Of a DNA stretch of 64,000 nucleotides, positions 19,250-28,266 are shown in pieces. Below the pieces are notes generated by a model, which saw only the letters and a list, made by a program, of their open reading frames with translations, searched no databases and had not been told where the DNA came from. The stretch covers positions 63,124-127,123 of the IMG/VR virus record IMGVR_UViG_3300046096_000179; one strand, 5' to 3'. A program made the translations under genes and the position numbers. The stretch is from a virus. Lineage: Duplodnaviria; Heunggongvirae; Uroviricota; Caudoviricetes. Within the stretch, counting starts at the first letter, position 1. Each line of letters opens with the position of its first letter.

Positions 19250-19388
19250 CCTACCTAAGTTGAATGATACCAAACCGTTGTCATGCTTTCTTCTGATTAG
19301 ATTTGATCATGGGATTTACACGCATTTGAAGTTTGTTCGACAAGTGACATGGATGGCACGAAACATTGATGCTGCATTTGGATTATGA
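19236..19388 (+). CDS. DLP-leader family small protein (MMLSDLPKL...)
   Basis: Leader variant. Confidence 0.45.
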   Translation: MMLSDLPKLNDTKPLSCFLLIRFDHGIYTHLKFVRQVTWMARNIDAAFGL

Positions 19389-19573
19389 AGACTACTCACC
19401 TACCTAAGATCGACCCTGAGCAGTTTGAGCCACTGAATAAAAGTTGGTGGTCGCATAGATGGAGTGTATCCAACCCCATCATTCGTTTTCCGAGCATACT
19501 TGGGTTCTTCCTTGAACTCGCAAGAATGCGACAAACGATCCAAGACTCTATGGCTACAGTTAGAATTCCGTGA
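19385..19573 (+). CDS. DLP-leader family small protein (MKTTHLPKI...)
   Basis: Leader variant. Confidence 0.5.
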   Translation: MKTTHLPKIDPEQFEPLNKSWWSHRWSVSNPIIRFPSILGFFLELARMRQTIQDSMATVRIP

Positions 19574-19607
19574 TACAATAGAACCATCAACACGAGGAAC
19601 CTTCATC
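19561..19607 (+). promoter_or_regulatory. promoter-leader cassette
   Basis: ccgtgatacaatagaaccatcaacacgaggaaccttcatcATG. Confidence 0.55.
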
Positions 19608-20582
19608 ATGGGTGGAAATGCAATCAAATCAGCCAACCGAATCAACAAGCAGCAGTATGATGTTGCCGTGGATAAGTTGGAATCTATCCTGAATGGTAAT
19701 AGCATCATGAATGCTATCATCCCAGCTTACTTCAACAAGGAAACCTTTGGTGATATTGACGTGGTGATCGTTGAACCATTGACTGTCAATCAAGTCAAGG
19801 AGTTGTTCGGCGCAACAGAAATTGTCAAGAATTCCAATGTCATCTCCTTTGGTTTCAACGTCGAGGGTCTACCAACAATTCAAGTTGACTTGATCTACCA
19901 GTCAGAACAAACCTTTGAGTTTGCGGTTGCGTATTTCAGCTTCAATGACCTTGGCAATCTCATGGGTCGAATTTTTCACAAGATGGGAATGAAGTTCGGT
20001 CATGATGGTCTTTGGCTGCCAATAAGAGATGGTACAAATCAATTCCACGAGGTTCTTCTAACTCAAGACTTTGAGGAAGCACTTACGGTCGTTGGTCTGG
20101 ATTATGACCGCTGGTGTTATGGCTTTGCTGACCTGACCGACATCTTTGAGTTTGTTCGGTCATCCAAGTTCTTCAATTCTGACATCTATCTGCTTGATAA
20201 CCGGAATGCAATATCCAGAGTCCGTGACAGCAAGCGCAAGACTTACATGGAGTTCCTGAATTATAATGAGCAGAATCCATTGTCCCGATACACATTTGTA
20301 AAGGATAAGAGTTTCTATCTGCCGCTGATTTTCTCCTACTTCCCTGAAGCTGGCATGGAATACTTCACTGCCATGGAGGAACATCGAATGAAGATGGCCG
20401 CCAAGTTGATGTTCAACGGCGATCTGGTTCGGGACTGGACTGAACTTGAAGGTAAGTCATTGGGTGAATTTATGCGGGAACTCAAGGCAGCAAATCCCAG
20501 ACTCTGTGACTACAAGCTGGTCTTGGAGATGAGTGACGAGGAAATCAAGACAATGGTAATGACAACTTTTGGAGAGAAATGA
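19608..20582 (+). CDS. putative nucleotidyltransferase-fold protein
   Basis: GNS...(17)...FGDIDVVIVEP resembles the Pol-beta NTase G[GS]x(n)DhDh motif; 324 aa. Confidence 0.45.
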   Translation: MGGNAIKSANRINKQQYDVAVDKLESILNGNSIMNAIIPAYFNKETFGDIDVVIVEPLTVNQVKELFGATEIVKNSNVISFGFNVEGLPTIQVDLIYQSEQTFEFAVAYFSFNDLGNLMGRIFHKMGMKFGHDGLWLPIRDGTNQFHEVLLTQDFEEALTVVGLDYDRWCYGFADLTDIFEFVRSSKFFNSDIYLLDNRNAISRVRDSKRKTYMEFLNYNEQNPLSRYTFVKDKSFYLPLIFSYFPEAGMEYFTAMEEHRMKMAAKLMFNGDLVRDWTELEGKSLGEFMRELKAANPRLCDYKLVLEMSDEEIKTMVMTTFGEK

Positions 20583-21136
20583 TGAACCCATCGAAGGCAT
20601 TTGAATCGGCCAAGACAAACAAAGAGTATCTGGTGACTGCAGAGAAAGCGACGTGGGCATATCATTGGGATCGAAATGATCATCCGCATGCACATACGTT
20701 CCTTACCGGAAAGATTCTTCGGAATGAATTGTTTGATCACGTCACCGGAAAACAAGAACTGTCACCAAAGCGGATGTTTGAGGAACAGTGCACTGTATGT
20801 TGGCGCACTCGTTATGAGATTAGAAACGATTCTCTCGCGGGGCATTGTATTCCAATGGAATCTTTGAAACCAATTGAAGAAGTGATTCTTGCAGAGGAAG
20901 ATAAGTTCCTGTCGCTACTGAACTCCGCTGAGAACAGAATTCCGCAGTTGCTTGCAGAGAAGTTCAATGGAGTTCTTGATGCAGAGGCTCTGTTCTATCT
21001 GCAGTCAACTTCTGGGTTCCCGCCTGATGTGGTTGCGCTGCACTATGATGAGCGGGAGATTGAACGATTGATGCCTGAGTTCGACACACTGATGCAGTCC
21101 CATAAAGGTAAGTCGGGAAACTTCAGAAAGAAGTGA
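20579..21136 (+). CDS. hypothetical protein, ATGA-coupled to the NTase-fold gene
   Basis: 185 aa. Confidence 0.5.
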   Translation: MMNPSKAFESAKTNKEYLVTAEKATWAYHWDRNDHPHAHTFLTGKILRNELFDHVTGKQELSPKRMFEEQCTVCWRTRYEIRNDSLAGHCIPMESLKPIEEVILAEEDKFLSLLNSAENRIPQLLAEKFNGVLDAEALFYLQSTSGFPPDVVALHYDEREIERLMPEFDTLMQSHKGKSGNFRKK

Positions 21137-21204
21137 GACGGCGCTTAGTTGAACCGAGTCACGGTTTGGGCGCCTCGACAACAGTGATGTTTGTCTAAAA
21201 TTGA

Positions 21205-21263
21205 CTACATTCCAGAATATGTGATATAATTCAACCATCAACTCCACTACAAGGAACTACATC
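21205..21263 (+). promoter_or_regulatory. promoter-leader cassette
   Basis: atatgtgatataattcaaccatcaactccactacaaggaactacatcATG. Confidence 0.55.
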
Positions 21264-21605
21264 ATGAAATCCGTCATCAACATCATTCACCAACAAGATG
21301 GCTCCGTCACCTCTGAAATCTGTCAGGTTCCAGATGACTACATCCAATGCTCTGTGTCCGGCACATGGGTTCCAAAATCTGAGATGTGCGATTCCGATGG
21401 GAACATGATTCGCACAAATTCACTCTGTGTATCGAGTTTGTCGTATAATGAAAAGACTCACATTCGTAAAGCAACCGATGAATATAAGGCATCACCTAAG
21501 TATCATGAACAAACAGAAAAAATTAAGGCAATGCCATCATTACAAAACAGTTCATTTCTAAGTCAAGAATTTCTAAACGGACTGTTTTTATTTATATCAA
21601 TTTAA
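21264..21605 (+). CDS. hypothetical Cys-rich protein
   Basis: 113 aa. Confidence 0.5.
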   Translation: MKSVINIIHQQDGSVTSEICQVPDDYIQCSVSGTWVPKSEMCDSDGNMIRTNSLCVSSLSYNEKTHIRKATDEYKASPKYHEQTEKIKAMPSLQNSSFLSQEFLNGLFLFISI

Positions 21606-21707
21606 CAAAACAAATCGGCTATGTTAAATTCAACATAGTTAGGCAAGGAATCATAATCTATCTTTAGTCGTTAAGTAGTTGACGAATTTAAGTTGTATAA
21701 TACTGTT

Positions 21708-21887
21708 ATGAAAAATACTGACTTGCCCACAATACAAGCCCACCATGGTCATGTATATTGGGATGATTTGTGGGTGGTTATTCGGAAAACCGAACGAGTT
21801 TTTGATGGTCAGTTTGGTACCACAATTGGTGCATACGTATATCAACATTTGTTTTTAAACGTCAATAATCAACTATGCGACAGCTAA
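21708..21887 (+). CDS. DLP-leader family (MKNTDLPTI...)
   Basis: First member of the main array; preceded by hairpin ctatgttaaattcaacatag and a TATAAT-like box. Confidence 0.5.
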   Translation: MKNTDLPTIQAHHGHVYWDDLWVVIRKTERVFDGQFGTTIGAYVYQHLFLNVNNQLCDS

Positions 21888-21914
21888 ATATAGTTCGGTG
21901 TTCTTTTTCATACC

Positions 21915-22079
21915 ATGAAAACATCTGACTTCCCAAAAATCATCAAGCCGCCAACGACCCAACGACTTCTATCCGATGTGATGCAATGTGTTTTCACTTG
22001 TCTTAATGGTAAAATGTTCGTCACGGGACAGATGATCAGAGTTCCAATCATGCGTACATTCGATAGCATCAATAAATGA
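21915..22079 (+). CDS. DLP-leader family (MKTSDFPKI...)
   Basis: Below the track threshold; coordinates approximate. Confidence 0.45.
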   Translation: MKTSDFPKIIKPPTTQRLLSDVMQCVFTCLNGKMFVTGQMIRVPIMRTFDSINK

Positions 22080-22273
22080 AACTCAGAGACTTACCGATGG
22101 TTCCCAACACGGTGCATGATGGTCTGAATGGTTATCGAGTCAGCACAGATGTTTCTATTGGTGGTGCATGGAGAGGATATTCTTCTGCTACTATGAGTAA
22201 CGACGGATGTTGTGCTTTCTTAGTTATTGATGAGACATTTGAAATGATTTTTGACGATTATGAAAACTACTGA
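22076..22273 (+). CDS. DLP-leader family (MKLRDLPMV...)
   Basis: aaATGAaac overlap with the upstream stop. Confidence 0.5.
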   Translation: MKLRDLPMVPNTVHDGLNGYRVSTDVSIGGAWRGYSSATMSNDGCCAFLVIDETFEMIFDDYENY

Positions 22274-22463
22274 CCTACCATTAAACAATCACATTGATGT
22301 GTTGAGCACCGATGATTTGTGGGTGGTTGTTGGAATTGTTAAAGGTGCCGTAGGGCTTGCCACCAAAAGGTTTGCCACCAAAAGGTTTTGGTTAGACCCG
22401 GTTTACTTCAAACTGGGATTGCCCGTTAGAAATCAAATTTTTAACTTGGCGTCAAAAGAATGA
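22260..22463 (+). CDS. DLP-leader family (MKTTDLPLN...)
   Basis: Leader atgaaaactactgacctacca. Confidence 0.5.
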   Translation: MKTTDLPLNNHIDVLSTDDLWVVVGIVKGAVGLATKRFATKRFWLDPVYFKLGLPVRNQIFNLASKE

Positions 22464-22639
22464 AGACTACTGACTTACCTTTACAATATCGGATTGATGT
22501 ACGGATTCGGTGGGGTGTTTTTTTGCGTGTTGAATACGCCGCAGAGGATGTCACCCAAACGTCTATGTTTGAGCCGGTTTACTTAAAACTGATATTGCCT
22601 GTTAGAACTCAAATTTTGCAGTTAGCTCCAAAAGAATGA
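22460..22639 (+). CDS. DLP-leader family (MKTTDLPLQ...); body paralogous to the previous member (PVYFKLGLPVRNQIFNLA vs PVYLKLILPVRTQILQLA)
   Basis: ATGA overlap. Confidence 0.45.
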   Translation: MKTTDLPLQYRIDVRIRWGVFLRVEYAAEDVTQTSMFEPVYLKLILPVRTQILQLAPKE

Positions 22640-22800
22640 AGACGAGTGAGCTACCTAAAATCAACAAGTCACCACCGATCTATTATCAGATGGTTGGATT
22701 CATAGTGACTGTTGTTTCGATGAATGAAACAGGCAAACTTCCAATGATTCTTGTTGGCGTCCATGAAAACGATTGGGTGGTGGCTGTCTTGAGTTGTTAA
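22636..22800 (+). CDS. DLP-leader family (MKTSELPKI...), hydrophobic body
   Basis: ATGA overlap; approximate end. Confidence 0.4.
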   Translation: MKTSELPKINKSPPIYYQMVGFIVTVVSMNETGKLPMILVGVHENDWVVAVLSC

Positions 22801-23114
22801 TTTTTCTTTCTGGTGCTATAAGGAACCAAGTTTTCTGGGAGTGGACTGGAGAACCGAGATGGGTTGATTCGGTAGATGATTCCGGTCTTTGTGTCGATAT
22901 ACTTGTTGGCATTATGCGCCCGGATCGTGACATAACGACCTTTAATGACAGCATCCAGAGACTTCAATACGCCAATCAGGAAAACTTCATCGACGGTATC
23001 CCATATGTATTCAAAGCGATTAAAATTTCCTTGGAGAATTTCGTTGGTTATCTTAGTCTTCGCTTCTGCGAGCTTAAACCGACGCATCTTTTCCTTGGCG
23101 GCTTCAGTTTGCAT
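22797..23114 (-). pseudogene. remnant of the C-terminal domain of a GIY-YIG homing endonuclease (paralogue of 25646..26902)
   Basis: ITNEILQGNFNRFEYIWDTVDEVFLIGVLKSL matches ITNEILRGDFGRFEYLWDTVDEVFLIGVMKSL of the full gene; no GIY-YIG domain upstream. Confidence 0.5.
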
Positions 23115-23255
23115 TGGGTGGGATGATGATTCGTGCGTTGGGTAATCTGTGGTATAATGTCTTTACTTCAAAACAACGAGAGTATTTTGGGTATGACTAC
23201 GAGAATTTTAGTAAATCTATTGTAGATTTCAACGCTTAAATATTAGGAGTAAATA

Positions 23256-23441
23256 ATGAAAGAAGTCAGTTTTGATGTAATGTGTATTGACTCAGACGGA
23301 GTAGGATCATGGGAAGAAGTGATTTTAGACTCTGTACATGATGATCTAATGTTTGGCACTATTCGTCGCATTGGGAAACGGGTAAAATTCTGGGATAGTT
23401 CAGATGATTCTGAAGATGACTATACTGGTCTTATAATCTAA
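23256..23441 (+). CDS. hypothetical acidic small protein
   Basis: Good RBS attaggagtaaataATG; preceded by an extended -10 tctgTGgTATAATg near 23145. Confidence 0.45.
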   Translation: MKEVSFDVMCIDSDGVGSWEEVILDSVHDDLMFGTIRRIGKRVKFWDSSDDSEDDYTGLII

Positions 23442-23556
23442 ATTGTTTGAGGTACTATGAAAACAATCAAATTAATCTGGCATTACGTTCAATACTTACT
23501 GCTGCCTGTTGCGTTTATACAGCACTTGATTCCTTCTATGAAACAAGCGTTTAAAA

Positions 23557-24018
23557 ATGTCAGCTAGCTATGTTCTGTATAAGCAAGCAACACCAGAGCA
23601 AGCGCAGGCGTTTACAGCAGGTCAGGGCGTGAGGCTTGGTGCTTATGGTGACCCGGCGGCGATACCTAGGGCAGTGTGGGATAACATGCTATTGACTAAG
23701 GCATCATTCTGGACCGGTTACACGCATAACCTGAAGGTACAGCCCAGCATGGCGGATCTGTGCATGGTATCGGCAGATAGTCAACAGCAAAGCGCATCAG
23801 CCAAAGCACACGGGCGGCGAAGCTTCCGGGTTATACCCTTGACACAATGGCAAGCTAAAGGCAAAGCGTCAGTAGCATCTCACGAAATACTGTGCCCAGC
23901 TTCAGCAGAGGCAGGGGTGAGGGTTACGTGCGATAGTTGTAAGCTATGCAACGGGACGAAATCTAAGGGGAAATCTATTGCAATAATTGTGCATGGTCCG
24001 GGGGCAAAGTATGCATAA
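23557..24018 (+). CDS. hypothetical protein in a GC-rich island (possible foreign cassette)
   Basis: Local GC clearly above the phage average; Ala/Gly-rich; CDSCKLCNG. Confidence 0.5.
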   Translation: MSASYVLYKQATPEQAQAFTAGQGVRLGAYGDPAAIPRAVWDNMLLTKASFWTGYTHNLKVQPSMADLCMVSADSQQQSASAKAHGRRSFRVIPLTQWQAKGKASVASHEILCPASAEAGVRVTCDSCKLCNGTKSKGKSIAIIVHGPGAKYA

Positions 24019-24291
24019 TACATTGTTGCATAAATACAACAGTATAAAGCGGTGGTTACTTGCTGCGTTTATTGTAGCAGCATGCATGGCTTATCCGCTG
24101 GCTTTGCTGAGTGCATGATGCGGGTGCTGGCGTTTGTATAGCAAGACCGTTTGACCTGACGGTCGCACTAGCGTGAGATGATGCAAGGGTATAAAATAGA
24201 ACGATCGCGCTATTATTAGCGCTGGGAATATCTCGAATGGCTCTCTGAGGGTAACTTCAGGGGGCCTTTTCGCATGGACAATGTGCATATA

Positions 24292-24858
24292 TCAACGCAT
24301 AGAAACGCGCTGTGACAAGCGGTAGACCCCAATGCATACCCTAGCATCAACCAATGTTAAACGACGGCCCCTAGGGGCGTTTAAAGCGCTAGAAATGACG
24401 TCTGGGTTCTGTGTAGGATTATCATACCCAGTTTTGTTTCGGTAGTTTTCCGCTTTCTTATCAAGAAGCTCTTGGCTCTTTGATGGATGGTCAACATCAT
24501 AGACGTTGATCATTGCGGCGCGGAATGCATCCGTCCCATATGGCGTTATACTGGTATTGTTGTTCATGTTTAGCCACTCAGATGAAGTGGCGCAATCATT
24601 CTCAACTAAGAACTGGGTTTCGTAGTCATGAACATCACCAACTTCGTCTTTGGTTTTGATACTGATGACTCGGAAAGCAGCAAGACCTTCTTCCTCAATG
24701 ATTTTGTGAACGACCTTGGAACTGGTCTGGTATCCACCCGGTTGCATGAACTCTGATGGGTGACAGCCTTTAGCGTAACGACAACCGGCATATCGTTTGC
24801 CAGAAGCAACATGCTGAATGATGTAAAAATAAGGGACGTAAATAGGTTTGCTGGACAT
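24292..24858 (-). CDS. GIY-YIG homing endonuclease, shortened paralogue
   Basis: PIYVPYFYIIQHVASGKRYAGCRYAKG; after one repeat unit the C-terminus reads into GC-rich non-homologous sequence. Confidence 0.7.
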   Translation of the reverse strand: MSSKPIYVPYFYIIQHVASGKRYAGCRYAKGCHPSEFMQPGGYQTSSKVVHKIIEEEGLAAFRVISIKTKDEVGDVHDYETQFLVENDCATSSEWLNMNNNTSITPYGTDAFRAAMINVYDVDHPSKSQELLDKKAENYRNKTGYDNPTQNPDVISSALNAPRGRRLTLVDARVCIGVYRLSQRVSMR

Positions 24859-25044
24859 GCAGACTCCTTGTTTGTTTTAGAAGATGTTTAGAGGTAGCAG
24901 AGACTGCGAATCTCGTGGCTACCAACTTTATTTAGGGTTTCTTGATTTTGATGATAAAAAGTTGCGTTGTGGCCTAAAAGTTGTGATACAATACAGGCAT
25001 CGGACGTTGATTCGATTCAAACCTAACCATGAAGGACTAACCAA

Positions 25045-25671
25045 ATGTCAAATGAACTCACCCCATCGCAAGCAGCACTCATCCCACAGTACGTTTCGGA
25101 ATATGTGGCACACGGTTTCTACACCAGTTCCGGTACCCGTGAAGATGATGAACACATCGCTCGTGCAACCGAGCGCGCATACAAGAACGCTATTTCCCGC
25201 AAGCGCCACGATTCCATCACTAAGGTTCCGATGGTCGTGGTTGGTTCCATGAAGCAAGTCGTTCACATGATGAAGCAAACCATTCAAGGTGATGCCGACG
25301 CAATCAAATCCACGATTCAATCTGCTCGTCACAATGGTCAATTCCAAGCAGCAACTGATGCTCGATTCATGTTTCACTTGGAAGTTCTTGGGGTGGGTGG
25401 GGACGCGCTTGAATGGCATTGCGTATCTCCTTTGTACCGCAAGAACGGTGGGGTGTTTTTATTTCCTGAAATTTGTTTCTGCGTTCGTCCACCGATCCGT
25501 TTTGATGATGACTCTGACGGCAATCCCGTTCCGATCTGGAATGAAGAATCTGCGCCGACTGTTTATACACCTCAGAATCCAACTGACATCAACGATGTCA
25601 CGAAATACTCCGTTGAAGACATCGAAGACCTCCCCAACACCGTTGTCATTCAGGGAAAGAGCTTCCTTTAA
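25045..25671 (+). CDS. hypothetical protein
   Basis: Driven by ttgtgatacaatacaggca cassette variant between the two GIY-YIG genes. Confidence 0.55.
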   Translation: MSNELTPSQAALIPQYVSEYVAHGFYTSSGTREDDEHIARATERAYKNAISRKRHDSITKVPMVVVGSMKQVVHMMKQTIQGDADAIKSTIQSARHNGQFQAATDARFMFHLEVLGVGGDALEWHCVSPLYRKNGGVFLFPEICFCVRPPIRFDDDSDGNPVPIWNEESAPTVYTPQNPTDINDVTKYSVEDIEDLPNTVVIQGKSFL

Positions 25672-26902
25672 GCACAAAGTTAACGGGAAGGGGTTTGCTA
25701 AACATTGATTGGACTACGTAATACGTTTTGTTAGTCAAAACATCAACATACCCTTCCCTGCCAAGCTTCCCACTCTTGATGCTGATGTATCTCCCTTCCC
25801 CATATGTTCGGTTAAGGGATTTCATCACGCCAATAAGGAATACTTCATCTACGGTATCCCACAGATATTCAAATCGACCAAAATCACCTCGTAATATTTC
25901 GTTGGTGATTTTGTCTTCTGTGTTTTTATGTCTTGATGTCCGTATGCGATCAATGATGATTGGTGAGTGACTGGCGTTTTCTACGCCATATCTTTCTCTC
26001 ATCGTATCTTTGGCCTTCTCTCTAACTATCGGACACAGCAGTGCGGTTTCAACGCCACGGCTTTCCATATTGGTTTGCCTACTCTTGGCTTGAATCTCGG
26101 GAGACTTCATTTGATGATCGACCCCATATCGATCCATCAATGTTGATGTAGCTTTTGCTCTAACCACGGGACATTGTAGTACACTCCCAAATCCTCGTCG
26201 TTCCATGTTGGTCTGTTTGGTCTTTTCCCGGATTTCTTGTGCCTGCTGTGGAAATTCCGTTCCATATCTCTCAGTCATGGTCTGTCGGAATCTATCATGC
26301 GATTCTGGATTATGCATTGGATTTTCGACTCCATATCTATCATTCATGGTCTGTCGAACGGTTGCTTTAACTTCTTTGGCTTGCATTGGGTGGTCAACTC
26401 CCCATCTCTCTTGGCATGTTTTCTTAGCCATTTCCATGACTTCAGGTAACTGCAACGTGCAATCAACTCCATGACGAGCCTGATTTGTCTGTCTGATGGA
26501 TTCTATAAATGCTGGATGATGGGAGACGTTTTCGACGTCATATCGGTCTCTTAGGATGTTCTTAAATTCTTCCGAACCAAATGCGGGGCGTTTGTTGTTG
26601 TGCATATTGAACCACTCTGATGAAGCAGCACAATTATTCTCAACCAAGAAATTTGTCTCGTAGTCATGGACATTGCCAATTTCATCTATGGTCTTAATTT
26701 CGACCACGACAAATGCATCAATGCCTTCTTCCTTGATGATTTTCTTAATCTTCTTGGAACTGGTTTTGTAACCATCTTCGGTCATGAACTCTGATGGATG
26801 ACAGCCTTTGGCAAAGCGACAACCGGCATACTTCTTTCCAGAAGCAACATGCTGAATGACGTAAAAGTAAGGGACGTGCGGATAAATAGGTTTGCTGGAC
26901 AT
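25646..26902 (-). CDS. GIY-YIG homing endonuclease with seven tandem ~33-aa repeats
   Basis: PIYPHVPYFYVIQHVASGKKYAGCRFAKG; repeats of the form ...R(Y/W)GV(E/D)(N/H)PM..PE(V/I)..K... Confidence 0.8.
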   Translation of the reverse strand: MSSKPIYPHVPYFYVIQHVASGKKYAGCRFAKGCHPSEFMTEDGYKTSSKKIKKIIKEEGIDAFVVVEIKTIDEIGNVHDYETNFLVENNCAASSEWFNMHNNKRPAFGSEEFKNILRDRYDVENVSHHPAFIESIRQTNQARHGVDCTLQLPEVMEMAKKTCQERWGVDHPMQAKEVKATVRQTMNDRYGVENPMHNPESHDRFRQTMTERYGTEFPQQAQEIREKTKQTNMERRGFGSVLQCPVVRAKATSTLMDRYGVDHQMKSPEIQAKSRQTNMESRGVETALLCPIVREKAKDTMRERYGVENASHSPIIIDRIRTSRHKNTEDKITNEILRGDFGRFEYLWDTVDEVFLIGVMKSLNRTYGEGRYISIKSGKLGREGYVDVLTNKTYYVVQSMFSKPLPVNFVLKGSSFPE

Positions 26903-27078
26903 GCAGACTCCTTGTTTGTGTTAAGAATGTTTAGAGGTAGTGGGAACGCCAATTCCGCGACTACCAACTTTATTTAGGGGTTCTGGATTTTTGATGATAA
27001 ACTGTGATACAATACATACATGAACAATCAACACTCAACCAACAATACTGGCGTCATCCCCGGTAAGTCTGAACTCTG

Positions 27079-27261
27079 ATGCAAATAGAAAATCTACCCA
27101 CGATCCAAGAATGCTATACATCCGTAAGTGTTGGGTTGTGGGTAGTTCTTCGAGAAACAATTTTCAGCATGTCGGACGCCAACACGGTAGACTCTTTGGA
27201 TGACCCGTTGTATGTTGCGGTTGCTAGTGACGTCGATTGGGTGTTTAATGAAAACTACTGA
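27079..27261 (+). CDS. DLP-leader family (MQIENLPTI...)
   Basis: Downstream of the aactgtgatacaatacatac cassette. Confidence 0.45.
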   Translation: MQIENLPTIQECYTSVSVGLWVVLRETIFSMSDANTVDSLDDPLYVAVASDVDWVFNENY

Positions 27262-27415
27262 CCTTCCTGTTTTGGCACCAATTGTCTCTGGTGTATTGAA
27301 GGCTGATGCGTGGCATCATATCATCTGGGTATCAATGACCTCTACACCATGGGATAATCTTGGGAAGAAGGTGCGCGCTTCTCTGATTAAATTGATGCCG
27401 TATGATATCTTCTAA
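27248..27415 (+). CDS. DLP-leader family (MKTTDLPVL...)
   Basis: Leader. Confidence 0.5.
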   Translation: MKTTDLPVLAPIVSGVLKADAWHHIIWVSMTSTPWDNLGKKVRASLIKLMPYDIF

Positions 27416-27584
27416 TCTTCCACAAATCAAACTGCCACACGCCATGAACTGGTATGTACATCAAATGGATGCCGCAACAAGCGTGATGATGTTGAAATCC
27501 ATCAAGATTTGGGATGCTGTATACCAACAAGTTGATTGGGCTGTCTCTGACCATTTGTGGAGATTGACCGATGAAAACATCTGA
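27402..27584 (+). CDS. DLP-leader family (MISSNLPQI...)
   Basis: Leader variant. Confidence 0.5.
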   Translation: MISSNLPQIKLPHAMNWYVHQMDAATSVMMLKSIKIWDAVYQQVDWAVSDHLWRLTDENI

Positions 27585-27753
27585 CCTGCCACAAATCAGA
27601 TCATCCTACGGTGAAGTCTTTGGCGTTGGATTATGGGCAGTTCTTAGAAAAGTTGCTTCTGAAACTGACCTGTATATTGCAGCAGAAGAACGACCATGTG
27701 TTGTTGATGTAAATGTTGATCGGATTTTGTGGAATATTTACTACTTGTTATGA
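27571..27753 (+). CDS. DLP-leader family (MKTSDLPQI...)
   Basis: Upstream stop lies in accgATGAaaacatcTGA. Confidence 0.5.
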   Translation: MKTSDLPQIRSSYGEVFGVGLWAVLRKVASETDLYIAAEERPCVVDVNVDRILWNIYYLL

Positions 27754-27827
27754 AAACATCTGAATTATCAAAAAATCCAACTAAAACCAAGTCCTCTGAA
27801 CTTGTCATGGAGAGTAATCATTGGTAA
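27750..27827 (+). CDS. DLP-leader family, very short (MKTSELSKNPTKTKSSELVMESNHW)
   Basis: Approximate coordinates; may be a decayed member. Confidence 0.3.
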   Translation: MKTSELSKNPTKTKSSELVMESNHW

Positions 27828-27913
27828 TTCCTTTCCGTGGGGATTGGCTATAATAAAAGGTATTGATGCGGATGACTCGGGGTGGCAAGTTCTGAAACGA
27901 TTGGTTGGTAAAA

Positions 27914-28033
27914 ATGAAAATCTCTGACATACCGAAAATTGACCATGTGTTGTATAATACATGCGCCGCTTCTTGGTATGCCGGTGATATGGACGGCGCA
28001 TCATACGAGATGGTAAAAATAATCAAGATTTGA
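27914..28033 (+). CDS. DLP-leader family (MKISDIPKI...)
   Basis: Approximate coordinates. Confidence 0.35.
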   Translation: MKISDIPKIDHVLYNTCAASWYAGDMDGASYEMVKIIKI

Positions 28034-28101
28034 AATTTTGGTTACCAGCAAGTGGATTGGGCTGTCTCCGAGCATCTGTGGTATATTAGAGTTGATTGAA
28101 T

Positions 28102-28266
28102 ATGAAAACATCTGACCTGCCGAAAATCCAAGTTGAGAGCCAGAGTATTTTGAGCGTGTCGTGGAAAGCAATCATACCATGTCTGCCGTGGTCGAACGAT
28201 CCGTCAAATATGCGGCCGGACGTTCATTGTCACCTACGTTGGTTGATTAAGCATGAAAACCTCTGA
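28102..28266 (+). CDS. DLP-leader family (MKTSDLPKIQVE...)
   Basis: Stops at the TGA inside the next member's TCTGAC. Confidence 0.45.
   Translation: MKTSDLPKIQVESQSILSVSWKAIIPCLPWSNDPSNMRPDVHCHLRWLIKHENL

Noticed and set aside
21668-21700. Sigma-70-like -35 TTGACG and -10 TATAAT promoter
   Set aside because: The spacer is only 11 nt, too short for a -35/-10 pair. At best it is a -10-only promoter. It is mentioned in context, not listed as a feature.
24870-24900. T4-type late promoter TATAAATA upstream of the GIY-YIG genes (ctaaataaag on the minus strand)
   Set aside because: It has two mismatches to the octamer and there are no other late-promoter copies in the window to calibrate against.
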